The translations under genes and the position numbers were made by a program. A DNA stretch of 41,444 bases from Pyrinomonadaceae bacterium (GTDB lineage Bacteria > Acidobacteriota > Blastocatellia > Pyrinomonadales > Pyrinomonadaceae): assembly GCA_031392315.1 (NCBI GenBank), contig JANMVC010000130.1, positions 1-41,444 of the forward strand. The letters run 5' to 3'. Below the pieces are notes generated by a model. It had not been told where the DNA came from. It saw only the letters and a list, made by a program, of their open reading frames with translations, and searched no databases. Shown in pieces: positions 1 to 9,356 of the stretch (positions within the stretch are counted from its first letter, which is position 1; each line of letters opens with the position of its first letter).

Positions 1-102
1 ATGACTGCCATTGACTGCGGCAGTGTGTTTGGCCCAACTCTGGAAATCAATGTTCGTGTAAACATTAAAACATCCGTAATTACCAGAAGAATTAGAGCGC
101 AG
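1..102. repeat. Terminal direct repeat, copy 1 (102 bp, identical to 41343-41444)
   Basis: Base-by-base comparison of the two window ends. Confidence 0.95.
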
Positions 103-1029
103 CCTTCCTACCCCAACCCGGTTAAACAGATTCCCCTCATCTCGGTTAAAGCATGAGACGTTGTAGTAATAGATGCCAAAACCGTCTGTTTGATTGGGCC
201 AGTTCGTTAAGGTGCCGATGTCGTTGTAAAGAAACGAATTCTGAACTGCGTAATTCGGAGCGATTCCAGAATTTGTAAAGTTGGTAATCTCGCAACTCTT
301 CACCCAGCATCTGTCCGATCCAACCCACAACACTCCATCTACACCAGCACCGACATCAATCGTCATGTCCTCAATTCCGCAGAGAACAATGCCCGGCCCA
401 CCAACCTGATAAAATGCAACAGGACTGTAACCTGTCATTGTATGTAATATTGGAGGAGTAAAGGTCACATCATTACCACTAACCGCAGTGATTCGATGCG
501 TGCTTCTCACATAGCTGCCAATCCCTGTGGTGGTGAAAACAAAGTTAGTATTATCAGAACATTGAATTAGGAACAAAGTATCCACTGCGAAACCCGCATT
601 TGGTGTGGTTGAAAATGTAACAGTTGTTGAGCCCTTGGTAACTCCAGCCGATAGAGATGCTCCTGCTCCACCAGACACACCAACCTGACTGTCGATGAAT
701 CCTGAAGCAGCAAATCTCAGAATTGTTTGACCCTTACCATCTCCTCTTAATGTAACTCCTCGCTTCTGTGCCCAAGTTACGTCTCCACTTAGCGTGTAAG
801 TTCCCGCGCTTAATTTCACTACCTGATTGGAAGTGCAAGCGGCAATCGCGCTAGCAATTTGAGCCGCTGTGGCGGATGACGTAAGAGTTGCGTGAATCGT
901 TGTTCTGTCGTGAGGTCCTCCCGGCACACCGGTTAATGACCAATCTACGGAACGGTAAGAAGGAAGAGAATATGTGGCCGAAATAACGCAGAGCGGAAAT
1001 GACAACAGAATTAGGATAGCCGCTTTCAT
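1..1029 (-). CDS. N-terminal 343 codons of a 570-aa junction-spanning secreted right-handed beta-helix (pectate-lyase-fold) tailspike/depolymerase-like protein
   Basis: Manual translation: ATG at 1029-1027 overlaps the TGA of the upstream gene (ATGA). N-terminus is MKAAILILLSFPLCVISA. No stop in this frame down to base 1, and the frame matches 41342->40659 once the 41,342-bp period is applied. Confidence 0.8.
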   Translation of the reverse strand, partial: MKAAILILLSFPLCVISATYSLPSYRSVDWSLTGVPGGPHDRTTIHATLTSSATAAQIASAIAACTSNQVVKLSAGTYTLSGDVTWAQKRGVTLRGDGKGQTILRFAASGFIDSQVGVSGGAGASLSAGVTKGSTTVTFSTTPNAGFAVDTLFLIQCSDNTNFVFTTTGIGSYVRSTHRITAVSGNDVTFTPPILHTMTGYSPVAFYQVGGPGIVLCGIEDMTIDVGAGVDGVLWVGSDRCWVKSCEITNFTNSGIAPNYAVQNSFLYNDIGTLTNWPNQTDGFGIYYYNVSCFNRDEGNLFNRVGVGRLRSNSSGNYGCFNVYTNIDFQSWAKHTAAVNGSH

Positions 1030-2129
1030 TGCTGTTCATCAAAACCGATATCCCACGATCCAGATCTCGTCTGCCCATCCACGTCATCACCGAAGAGGCT
1101 AACTCCACTTGGGTCCGTGACTCCAAAATCTTTTGCGCCAGTATCTCCTGATTGCAAATGAAAATCCACCCCACCCACGAATGTATAGGTCTGGCTCGTC
1201 CGTGAGTTACTCCCGGGAGCGCTAGCATCACTGGATGAATTGTAGCTAGAACCGTGAAGGGCTGTAACGCTCTCGAAGCCATTCCCGAGCGTCGGCGCGG
1301 CGGAAATACAGTTCTTTAGAATTTGCGGATCAATATAATTGAAACCGTTACTGACGGACGTGCAGTTATAACTCGTAACATTGGTCCAAGCTGAGTTGAA
1401 ACCCATGGTATAACTTCCCCCACTGCTTGCCATTGTGTAGGCAAGACAGTTAAACATCCGCATCTTGTTTGAGTGCGTAATAATTGCGAACTCCGAATTC
1501 CCGAACCCCGTGATTCCACCTCCAGCATGGTCCATCCTCGCAATACTTCTGCTTATCCGGCAATCGGCGTCAATGCGCCCGGAGCCAACATTGGCAGTGC
1601 TCAACCGATAGCAAAGATATCCGCTGCCTGTAGTGCCCCGAATATGAACTTGTAGATTGTCGATCCGCACATGGGCTGGCTGATTGTTATAAATCGCGTT
1701 AGCGTTGGTGAACGCCATTCGATAGGCAGTGTCGTTCCATATTCCGGGCGTTGGGTTGTTCCCTTTGATTTCGAGATAATTCGATGGGGTCGTGCTGACA
1801 CTGTTCCACTGCGTTTGGGTTACATTGGTAACGTCATTGATCGATCCCATACAACTGATCCGCGTTGGTCCGGCTGTCAGTGCCGTATCGAGTGACGAAT
1901 GAATGATCGCCTCGTACAGGGTGGCAAAGGCCCGCGTTGCCCCTGACGTGTTGGTCGTAGTCCCATCTCCACCGACCGTCGAGTCAGTATTGACGTAGAG
2001 CGTGGTGCCACTGAATGAATCACCTGCTGCTGCGCTGGCCTTCAGTAACGGAAGATAGGCTGCCCGCGAAACGTTCAGTTGCGCGCTTGCCGAAACGCAA
2101 AAGGCCAGGAGAAGGAGGAGCGTTCTCAT
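1026..2129 (-). CDS. Secreted parallel beta-helix repeat protein (367 aa), fibre/depolymerase-like
   Basis: N-terminus MRTLLLLLAFCVSASA-Q. The C-terminal DFHLQSGDTGAKDFG...DVDGQTRSGSWDIGFDE resembles the common beta-helix-protein tail motif. ATGA overlap at both ends. Confidence 0.8.
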   Translation of the reverse strand: MRTLLLLLAFCVSASAQLNVSRAAYLPLLKASAAAGDSFSGTTLYVNTDSTVGGDGTTTNTSGATRAFATLYEAIIHSSLDTALTAGPTRISCMGSINDVTNVTQTQWNSVSTTPSNYLEIKGNNPTPGIWNDTAYRMAFTNANAIYNNQPAHVRIDNLQVHIRGTTGSGYLCYRLSTANVGSGRIDADCRISRSIARMDHAGGGITGFGNSEFAIITHSNKMRMFNCLAYTMASSGGSYTMGFNSAWTNVTSYNCTSVSNGFNYIDPQILKNCISAAPTLGNGFESVTALHGSSYNSSSDASAPGSNSRTSQTYTFVGGVDFHLQSGDTGAKDFGVTDPSGVSLFGDDVDGQTRSGSWDIGFDEQQ

Positions 2130-4843
2130 TGCACGGCGATCAGGGTTCCAACGACGTTCGTTCCGTAGCGGGAGAGTGAATAGACATAGGCGACGCCCTG
2201 GGTCAGTGTGGTCCAGAGCGGTGAATTCGCGTTCGTCCGAAAGTAGGTTCCGTCATAGCTGGCCCCAGACACCGGCCAATTCACTCCTCGATTGATAAGC
2301 TGAGGGAAGATCATAAAAGACACATCCGCCGCCGTGGTCGCATCGACTCCGGTGTAATTGGTGAAAGTCGCGTTGTTCGTGAGCGTCATCGAAACGCGGT
2401 TCGTGCGGAAGTTGACGACGATATTGGAGAGCGAGCTGTTGGTCGGGATGAGCGCGGATTGCAACGCGAAAACGTGATTGTTGATGTTGGACACCACGCC
2501 CGACGTTGGGAATTCCACGCCGGACACGACGAGGTTGCTCAACACGCCAGGGCTAAGCGTGAGCGTGCCCGAATTGATTTGGAGTTGGGTCGAGCTCTCA
2601 TTGGTGACGTTGTTGGCGACGGTGCCGACCAGGTTGCTCAAGACCATGCTGGCCGACTGCTTTCCGGACAACTCAGCCACAAGGTTGGTTGACCCAATGG
2701 TCAAGCTCGTGGCCGTCGCCGCTCCGATGGCTCCATCCGCAAAGAGCAGCGCGCCTGTTCCTGATTCATCATCCATCAGTGCGCGCAGCTCACTGGAGGC
2801 GTCGATCTCCGTTTCGAGCAGGATGTTCAAGGCGCCGATAGCCGTCTCGATCTCCGCGATGGTGTCCCACTCGGTGTCGAGTGTCGCGCCGGAGGGAAGT
2901 TGCGCGGTGGCGAGCGGAGCGTTGGTAATCACTCCAGTCTGACCCGAAACGCTGTGGACGGAAAACAAATGGTTCGCGGCCAGCACGGAGAGGTCGAACT
3001 CCAGGATGTTCGTCGGCTTACCAGTCAAGCTGATGGTCGGGACGGTGAACGATACGCCCGAGTTGCCGTTCGTCCCCTTGATGGCCACCACGCCCGGCCC
3101 GCTCCCTTCCACGCCCGTGGTGATTCCGTTTGTTGCCACTATCCAATTTCCGGCGTTCGTTCCGCTGACGAAAAGATTCGTCAAAGCGCTCACTGAACCC
3201 TGAAGCTCACTCGTTCCTTCGTTAATGATTCCCACCCCGAATAACCCTAGGGTTGAGACATCAAGCGACGCGATGATGGTTGTTCCGAGACCGATCAAGC
3301 CCCGAACTGTCGGCGAATTGCTCCGCACCAGATGACCGCTCCCGCTCGTCGTCGGGATGTTGATTTCCATCACCACAACGCCCGCTTGATTTGATCGGCT
3401 GGAAACGGTGAGCGCCGAAACGTCTGAGCCGTTGGTGAAGCCGATGGTGTGGATGTTGGTCCCGACCGTGACGCCGTTGACCTGCGCGGCTTTCACGGAC
3501 CCGCCACCGGCTCCTGCGTCATCGTCGCTGACGGTGAATGTATGGACCTGGTTGGGGGCCGTGCCGCTGCTGGCGGCTGTGACCGTGATCCCTCCGGTGC
3601 CCTGAATGACCTTTACTCCGTTGGTCGAAATGAACCCGTTCTGTAGATGATTTGTCGTGAGGAAAAGATTCGTGGACATTCCAGCCCACTCGATTAGTTC
3701 CGCATCGGTGATGGCGAGATCGATGTTCGTCCCGCGATTGGTTCCTCCCAGGCCGAACCCAGGTTCGATCGAGCGTAGGAGATTCGTGATGCCCGCCTTG
3801 CCGTTGACCATGCCGAAGCGCGTGGCGTTGGTCACCGCTGCTTCGCCGTTCACGTTCACTTCGCCCACGCCGCTGAGCGCCTCGATCTTGTCGTAGAGCG
3901 CGTTCTTGGTGGGCACGGTCAGCGCGCCATCCCAGCCCACTCCGTAAGCTTCCTCCGGCACCGTAACTGTGCCGGCCGCCACGATGTTGGAGGAGAACCA
4001 GGCATTGACGTGGTTCGTCCAGTTGTAGGGGGAGATCCCCCAGACGATGCGGGGCGAAGCGGAATTGTTGCCCAGCTCCAGGGTCAGGAGCGCCTCGGCG
4101 CTGCTGCCGCTGAAGGCGGACATGGCGAAAGATTTCCAGCGCACGCCCGTCCTGAAGCTCGCGGTGCCGTAGCCGAAGATTTCGTCGAGGTACAGTTGCG
4201 TGCCCGCCTGCACGGCCGTGGGGCTGGCGAGCGTACCTTCAGCCTTGTGGGTGAGATACTGCGGGTAGTGCGCGGAGGTTCCGTATTGCCACAACGAAAC
4301 GTCAGGCCGGGTTGTGTTCGTTTCCGTGATTCGCAGAAACGCTTGCGATTGGATCCCAGCCTCGGGATAAAAGACGCCTCGGTTGGTGACCACCGTCGAG
4401 AATGTGGCAGCGCCAAACAATTCCGTGAGCCCATAGAAGTCCGTGTTGGTGCCGAGCCCGCTCGTGCTGGCGACGTAGGCGCCGGCATTCGTGGCTCCTG
4501 GCGCGATGCCTGAGCCGACGATGTTGGAGAGCACGATCGCCAGATACACATTACCACTCGCATTGGTAAGGAACCGCGTCGGGTCAAAATGATATTGCGT
4601 CTCCACTGACCCCGCCCCACCTGCGCCCGTGTTCGTAATCCACGGCCCGAGGTTGGTCGCTAAGTCAGGCGCGAGAATGTAGCGGGAATACTTGATGCCA
4701 GATGCGTCCTGAGTGACCACGTAAAAGAGGCTGTTGGATTGGATGGCTCGCGTGCGCGTGAGACGACTCAGCTTCGTGCCCGCGACACACAGACAGACGA
4801 CGGCGATTAAAAGACCGGCGGTGAAAAAGCGTTTCGAGTTCAT
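2126..4843 (-). CDS. Large fibre-like protein (905 aa) with N-terminal signal/anchor
   Basis: Long ORF rich in Thr/Gly/Asn/Ser. N-terminus MNSKRFFTAGLLIAVVCLCVAG. ATGA overlaps with both neighbours. Confidence 0.8.
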   Translation of the reverse strand: MNSKRFFTAGLLIAVVCLCVAGTKLSRLTRTRAIQSNSLFYVVTQDASGIKYSRYILAPDLATNLGPWITNTGAGGAGSVETQYHFDPTRFLTNASGNVYLAIVLSNIVGSGIAPGATNAGAYVASTSGLGTNTDFYGLTELFGAATFSTVVTNRGVFYPEAGIQSQAFLRITETNTTRPDVSLWQYGTSAHYPQYLTHKAEGTLASPTAVQAGTQLYLDEIFGYGTASFRTGVRWKSFAMSAFSGSSAEALLTLELGNNSASPRIVWGISPYNWTNHVNAWFSSNIVAAGTVTVPEEAYGVGWDGALTVPTKNALYDKIEALSGVGEVNVNGEAAVTNATRFGMVNGKAGITNLLRSIEPGFGLGGTNRGTNIDLAITDAELIEWAGMSTNLFLTTNHLQNGFISTNGVKVIQGTGGITVTAASSGTAPNQVHTFTVSDDDAGAGGGSVKAAQVNGVTVGTNIHTIGFTNGSDVSALTVSSRSNQAGVVVMEINIPTTSGSGHLVRSNSPTVRGLIGLGTTIIASLDVSTLGLFGVGIINEGTSELQGSVSALTNLFVSGTNAGNWIVATNGITTGVEGSGPGVVAIKGTNGNSGVSFTVPTISLTGKPTNILEFDLSVLAANHLFSVHSVSGQTGVITNAPLATAQLPSGATLDTEWDTIAEIETAIGALNILLETEIDASSELRALMDDESGTGALLFADGAIGAATATSLTIGSTNLVAELSGKQSASMVLSNLVGTVANNVTNESSTQLQINSGTLTLSPGVLSNLVVSGVEFPTSGVVSNINNHVFALQSALIPTNSSLSNIVVNFRTNRVSMTLTNNATFTNYTGVDATTAADVSFMIFPQLINRGVNWPVSGASYDGTYFRTNANSPLWTTLTQGVAYVYSLSRYGTNVVGTLIAVQ

Positions 4844-5226
4844 TCTATATCCAGTGTTTGACCCTCTTCAGTTTCCAATGCGGTTTCGCTTCCCGTCTGA
4901 ATGAGGCTCGATGCGGTGAGTGTCCCGTTTGTGTCAGGCACGTTTATTCTGAAAACGCTCGTGTAGGTGTTGCCGAGGACAAAGACCCGGTATTCGCCTT
5001 CGCTCAGATTCGTCGCGGTGAAGATCCCGTTTGTGCCGGTGTTGAAAAATCGACGGTCGCTGATGACCACGTTGTTTCCATTCCCGCGCACGGTGGACAG
5101 TGGCTCAACGCGCACGGTTTTTCGTTGGATAGGGACAGCGGTCCCGAGGATGTCCACGAGGTTGAAGGTGACGTTGGCTCCGAGAGCGACGCTGACGGAT
5201 AACAACAGAATCAGAATGACTCTCAT
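4840..5226 (-). CDS. Small secreted Ig/carboxypeptidase-regulatory-like beta-sandwich protein (128 aa)
   Basis: N-terminus MRVILILLLSVSVALG-AN. The GEYRVFVLGNTYTSVFRINVP stretch resembles CarboxypepD_reg-type strands. ATGA coupled. Confidence 0.7.
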   Translation of the reverse strand: MRVILILLLSVSVALGANVTFNLVDILGTAVPIQRKTVRVEPLSTVRGNGNNVVISDRRFFNTGTNGIFTATNLSEGEYRVFVLGNTYTSVFRINVPDTNGTLTASSLIQTGSETALETEEGQTLDIE

Positions 5227-6680
5227 CGCCAGACTCCTTTCAAACGCCAGCGCGCGGCTGACGCGTTGTAGATGGCTTCAAACATAGCCGGGTTGTTAGT
5301 CAACACCACGTCAGCGCCCGTGCCGGTGACGATTCGATTTGCTGCCGTCGGGTCAGTTCCGGATTGGTGCGCGATGGTCAGGCTTGAGGTTGGATTATCC
5401 GCTTCGATGATGTGCCACGAGCCATCCTGCTCCGCCGCGAATCCATTGATCACATAAGCCGCCGAAGGCCCGGAGAGCCGCAAGAAAACATTCGTCCCGA
5501 GGACGACGGCCGCATTGTTACCGTTGGCCAGTGAGGTGTTGGCGCGAGATGTGAAATCTACACGGCCGTTGAAAACGTTCGTTCCGCGATGGGTGTTATT
5601 CGTGAACACCGAACTCGTGAACCGACCCGGCGCTGTGACCGCATGATCGGCTGACCCGAGGATGATTTGATTCGTGGTGGTTGTCGCGGCGAAGCCACCG
5701 ATAGCCACGGAGTTTTGATCCGCTGCCGCCGAAGAGACTCCGATGGCAATCGAATTTGAACCCGCTGCACCGGACGCGGCACCTATCGCCAGCGAGCCCC
5801 CGCCGGAAGCCGTGGCATCCGTTCCGAGCGCCGTCGCATCCACCGAAGAGGCTTCCGCCAATGTCCCAAGAGCCACTGCTGCCCCGCCGCTGGCGATGGA
5901 TGCGTATCCGACCGCCGTCGAACTCGCCCCGCTCGCGGTTCCTGAGATGTCAACGGAGTTCGCCCCGCTGCCGGGCGCGAAAAGATTTGTGAGATACGGG
6001 GAATCAAATACGCCATTGGTCCAATAACCATTCGTCAGCGCCACCACGTAGCCGCGATTGGTGGAGTTGTAAAAGCTGGCGTTGGTTAGGCTGGCAAAAG
6101 CCGCCGTCAGCAGGGTGCGAAATTCAGTTTCCGTCAGAACCACCTGCTTAGTTCCAGCTCCTTTATGGAGTAGGTTGGAAACCGCCGTCGAGTTAGTCGC
6201 GAATGCCTGCGTTGAGAACTGCGACAGCCCGTAAACAAAGGCGCTCGCCTGATTCGTCCGATTCGTCGCACCGTCCATATTCTCGATTGGCCAGAGCGCC
6301 GTGAACGTCGCGGCTGCTGCTTGCGTGTTGAGGGTGAGCGTCGCCCACGTGCCGGCGCTTGAAGCGGCCAGCGCCCCGCCGATGGGTCCGCGCAGTTCGA
6401 TCTGATTCGTGTTCAGCCAACGCGGAAGGATGGCGCCGGTGTAAGGCGCGAATGCGATCTGGTTGAAGAGATTTGTTGCCGCCAGATTGACGCTGACGAG
6501 GTTGGTCGCAATCGTCGTCGCCGAGATCGCATTGGTCCATGTGCGCGTGCTCGAGTTGACGGTGAGCGTGTTGGATGTGACGGGCGGATTCGTTACGGTG
6601 ATGGTCAACCGAATGCGCTCTTGATTTGCGCCGAACGCGGAGACAGCAAAAAGCAAAAGGAGAGGTAGCAGCTTGTTCAT
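5223..6680 (-). CDS. Fibre/adhesin-like protein with YadA/Hep_Hag-like Ser-Ala-Gly head repeats (485 aa), signal peptide
   Basis: N-terminus MNKLLPLLLLFAVSAFG-AN. Repeats run TASGASSTAVGYASIASGGAAVALG...SLAIGAASGAAGSNSIAIG...NSVAIGG. Confidence 0.8.
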   Translation of the reverse strand: MNKLLPLLLLFAVSAFGANQERIRLTITVTNPPVTSNTLTVNSSTRTWTNAISATTIATNLVSVNLAATNLFNQIAFAPYTGAILPRWLNTNQIELRGPIGGALAASSAGTWATLTLNTQAAAATFTALWPIENMDGATNRTNQASAFVYGLSQFSTQAFATNSTAVSNLLHKGAGTKQVVLTETEFRTLLTAAFASLTNASFYNSTNRGYVVALTNGYWTNGVFDSPYLTNLFAPGSGANSVDISGTASGASSTAVGYASIASGGAAVALGTLAEASSVDATALGTDATASGGGSLAIGAASGAAGSNSIAIGVSSAAADQNSVAIGGFAATTTTNQIILGSADHAVTAPGRFTSSVFTNNTHRGTNVFNGRVDFTSRANTSLANGNNAAVVLGTNVFLRLSGPSAAYVINGFAAEQDGSWHIIEADNPTSSLTIAHQSGTDPTAANRIVTGTGADVVLTNNPAMFEAIYNASAARWRLKGVWR

Positions 6681-7303
6681 ACGTCGAAGGTCTGATCGAT
6701 GGCGTTGCCGCCGTCGTCCACGCCGATCACGCGCTGTTTCAGGTTGCCGGGTGACGTGATGGTAAGTTGCCCGCCAGCCTCCATGACGCGCGGGACAAAC
6801 TGCGCGACGATTTGAGCCTTGGTGTAATACTCATCATTCGGCGTGGGGGCGACGGAGCTGACCTGCGTGACGGCGTTTTGAAGTGTGATTTGGCCGATGA
6901 ATACTTTGGTTCTAGCCGTGCCTTCCTGAACCTCGATCTCGAGATACGCGGTCTTCGTTGAATCCGATCCGAGATAGGTATTCAGGAGGGCCGTGTTCAG
7001 GGCTAGTTCTCCGCTGAACACGTTTTCAGTTTCGTCCTTGGACCAAACCGTTAGGAGGGCCAGCGGCGCCGCTGAATCATAAACGCTATTGATTGCAACG
7101 GAGAGTGACAGCGGAGAAATATCAATCCGATTGAAGCGATCTAATCGGCTCGAAGTGAGGTCGGGTTCAACGAGGACAACTTGAATCGGAACGGTCTCGT
7201 ATTTGGTGAAGGAAGAGAGTTGAACGCTGCCTCCGTTCATGTCCGACACCTGCAACTTCTTATCGGGGAAGTTGACAAAAAGTTTTCGCCAAGCCGTTGC
7301 CAT
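6677..7303 (-). CDS. Hypothetical tail-tip/baseplate-region protein (208 aa)
   Basis: ATG at 7303 lies 8 nt downstream of late motif copy 1. Its stop overlaps the next start (ATGA). Confidence 0.75.
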   Translation of the reverse strand: MATAWRKLFVNFPDKKLQVSDMNGGSVQLSSFTKYETVPIQVVLVEPDLTSSRLDRFNRIDISPLSLSVAINSVYDSAAPLALLTVWSKDETENVFSGELALNTALLNTYLGSDSTKTAYLEIEVQEGTARTKVFIGQITLQNAVTQVSSVAPTPNDEYYTKAQIVAQFVPRVMEAGGQLTITSPGNLKQRVIGVDDGGNAIDQTFDV

Positions 7304-7311
7304 TGACGCCG

Positions 7312-7340
7312 GGGTTAGGCGTGCAAATGGCGGGGGTCAA
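7312..7340 (-). promoter_or_regulatory. Late start-associated/promoter-like motif copy 1 (TTGACC-17 nt-TAACCC)
   Basis: Minus strand reads TTGACCcccgccatttgcacgccTAACCCcggcgtcaATG. Confidence 0.5.
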
Positions 7341-7369
7341 TTACGGAAATCATGTGCCTAGTGGTCCAC

Positions 7370-7996
7370 CTAAATAACGTCGATCTGGCGGTGAGCAACC
7401 AATGTTAGCAGTGTGGTCAACTCGGAAACGCTCAGCCCCACAGACGGCAGGAGGACGGATATTGCGGGACCACCAAACGTCACCGACTCGATCACGTCGG
7501 GCCTTTTAAAGCCATTCACATACGTGGTCGATGAGACACGGACGCGATAAGCGCACGGATGAGCGAACCAAACCCTGCTGCGGCGCGCCACCGCAGCGGT
7601 CGCGCTCAACCCCTGGGTGTTCAATCCAAAGGACGTTACCGTTGGAAACGCTAAGAGCCCGCCGAGTGTGCCGGCCCGGATGACAACACCGGCGCGATCG
7701 ACATACAGGTCGGCCCCACCGGGTCGAGTCATGTCGAGAGTGAACGGCGCGGAGTCGCGTGACAAGAAGGTGATGGATGGCGCATTGAAGTCGAACTCGT
7801 CCAGTTTAGCTTTCATCGCCGCGAGCAATGCCGCCACTGCGATCTCGCGATCTATTCCTGTTGGAACGTCATTCGACCCCAAATTGATAGTCGTCCAACC
7901 AACTACTTCGCAAGGTGGCGGTGGGCGAATCAGCCGATCTCTAGCAATCGACTTTACATAATCCCGATTTACGGATCGATCTGGCGCCCTGCTCAT
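7370..7996 (-). CDS. Hypothetical tail-tip protein (208 aa)
   Basis: ORF abuts the upstream stop. Positioned in the tail-tip block. Confidence 0.75.
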   Translation of the reverse strand: MSRAPDRSVNRDYVKSIARDRLIRPPPPCEVVGWTTINLGSNDVPTGIDREIAVAALLAAMKAKLDEFDFNAPSITFLSRDSAPFTLDMTRPGGADLYVDRAGVVIRAGTLGGLLAFPTVTSFGLNTQGLSATAAVARRSRVWFAHPCAYRVRVSSTTYVNGFKRPDVIESVTFGGPAISVLLPSVGLSVSELTTLLTLVAHRQIDVI

Positions 7997-8584
7997 TTAA
8001 TACTTCGTCCACGCTCGCCCGTCGCGATTCAAATCAATCAAAGTAATCGGCGCGTCATTCGGATCGGTCAACGGTGTGTAACTCGGGCCGCTGGTAATCT
8101 TGCCGCTCAATTCTATCGCGAAGATGAGTTGGTTCGCACTCTTAAAGTAGGGCGTCAGGACTTGGATTTCCGCCACCCCCGCGATCGTTTTAGTTCGCTT
8201 CGTCGCGGATGTGTAAGTGTAGGTTGCGGTGAAAGCGTCGCCGTCCGAACTGTAGACGATGCTTTGCCCGTTCCAATTTGAAACCATGTGCTCGAAAGGA
8301 CGAGCGATGTAAATCTCGTCGCCTGTCTCCGCTGTGCCGGTCCATTTCTTGCAGGAATAGAAATCGTTTTCGATCGAGACAAGTCGATATTGCTGAACCG
8401 ATGCGCCAGCCGACGCCCTCGGAATATCCGCGGTGAACGTTGTCCCGTTCGCCTTTCGGTTGACATTGATCCCGCGCCCGCCCACGGGAGAAATCTCGCG
8501 CACGTATTCAATCAGCCGATTAAACTCAGCCCAGACCGGGCGATACAATCCGATCTCGGGAATCTTGCGCGGAGTTTGATTCAT
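7997..8584 (-). CDS. Hypothetical tail-tip protein (195 aa; start moved to MNQTPRK)
   Basis: ATG at 8584 lies 1 nt after the upstream TAA (8586-8588). The longer track start would overlap the upstream gene. Confidence 0.7.
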   Translation of the reverse strand: MNQTPRKIPEIGLYRPVWAEFNRLIEYVREISPVGGRGINVNRKANGTTFTADIPRASAGASVQQYRLVSIENDFYSCKKWTGTAETGDEIYIARPFEHMVSNWNGQSIVYSSDGDAFTATYTYTSATKRTKTIAGVAEIQVLTPYFKSANQLIFAIELSGKITSGPSYTPLTDPNDAPITLIDLNRDGRAWTKY

Positions 8585-8585
8585 T

Positions 8586-9356
8586 TTACCAAGCGAGGTT
8601 TCCGCCGGAGGTCGTGTAAGCCAGCAAGGACCACGGCGCGAACACGAGTTCAACGGTCTGTTCCGCGTAGTTGCCGACGATCTCCACGCGTTGCCCGCGC
8701 TTGCGCCAGCCCCATTGATAATCCGAACTCGGCGCGGCGGGTGTCGCCGGGAGGTTGAACGCCACCCCCGCAGGAAGCTGAAGCTGATTCGTGGTGTAAA
8801 TGTAAAACCCCGTGTCGAGCGTGATCTGCCCTCCAGCGTAAGCGTAGCTGAGATCCACCTGCCGAAACCGTCGCAGGCAAACGAAGTCGATTTGATAACC
8901 GGTCACGCCGGATTTGAGATGCCGGACAACACTCAGGAACAGTGGGGAAGTAATGACTGATGCGCCTGGTGCTTTTCCAACTGCTAGTTCCGCTCTCTCT
9001 CGGTAGGTCGTGGAGCCCTCTGCGGCAATGTCATCAAAGGCTGCAATTTCCGCCATTACCCCGGGCAATTCAAAGATGCTTTTCTCCTGTGCCTCCGTCG
9101 TGATCTCGTATCGGTCTAAAACTTCCTGCGTCGGTTCGTTGATCGGAATTCGAGCCGACAACCCGTAAACCGGCCCGTCGATTTTGTTAATCCGAAAACT
9201 AATCCCCTGCGCCTTGAGCGTGACACCGAGTCCAAAGATCGCGCTCTGTGAACCTGCGTAAAAACGATCCTCAACCTCAACGCCCGACTCCGCTTCAAAC
9301 GCCGGTTCGCGAGAAACCAGCGTGACGCCGCCGTAGCCTTTCCAGCGTGCGCTCAT
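8586..9356 (-). CDS. Hypothetical distal-tail protein (256 aa), directly after the tape measure
   Basis: ATGA overlap with the tape-measure stop. The function is inferred from position only. Confidence 0.7.
   Translation of the reverse strand: MSARWKGYGGVTLVSREPAFEAESGVEVEDRFYAGSQSAIFGLGVTLKAQGISFRINKIDGPVYGLSARIPINEPTQEVLDRYEITTEAQEKSIFELPGVMAEIAAFDDIAAEGSTTYRERAELAVGKAPGASVITSPLFLSVVRHLKSGVTGYQIDFVCLRRFRQVDLSYAYAGGQITLDTGFYIYTTNQLQLPAGVAFNLPATPAAPSSDYQWGWRKRGQRVEIVGNYAEQTVELVFAPWSLLAYTTSGGNLAW

Noticed and set aside
1-102. Terminal repeat as a genuine virion direct terminal repeat
   Set aside because: The repeat lies in the middle of a continuous 570-aa ORF, and the terminase is of the cos-type GpA family. 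An assembly overlap of a circular template explains it more simply.
4010-4620. 167-aa (+) and 178-aa (-) ORFs inside the 905-aa fibre gene
   Set aside because: These are alternative frames of a long, uninterrupted ORF. Their products are rich in Arg and Pro.
6081-6112. Additional late-motif copy (GGTTAG..AAAAGCCGCCGTCAG) inside the 485-aa fibre gene
   Set aside because: It lacks the TTGAC hexamer, has no start codon downstream and lies within coding sequence. This is probably chance similarity.
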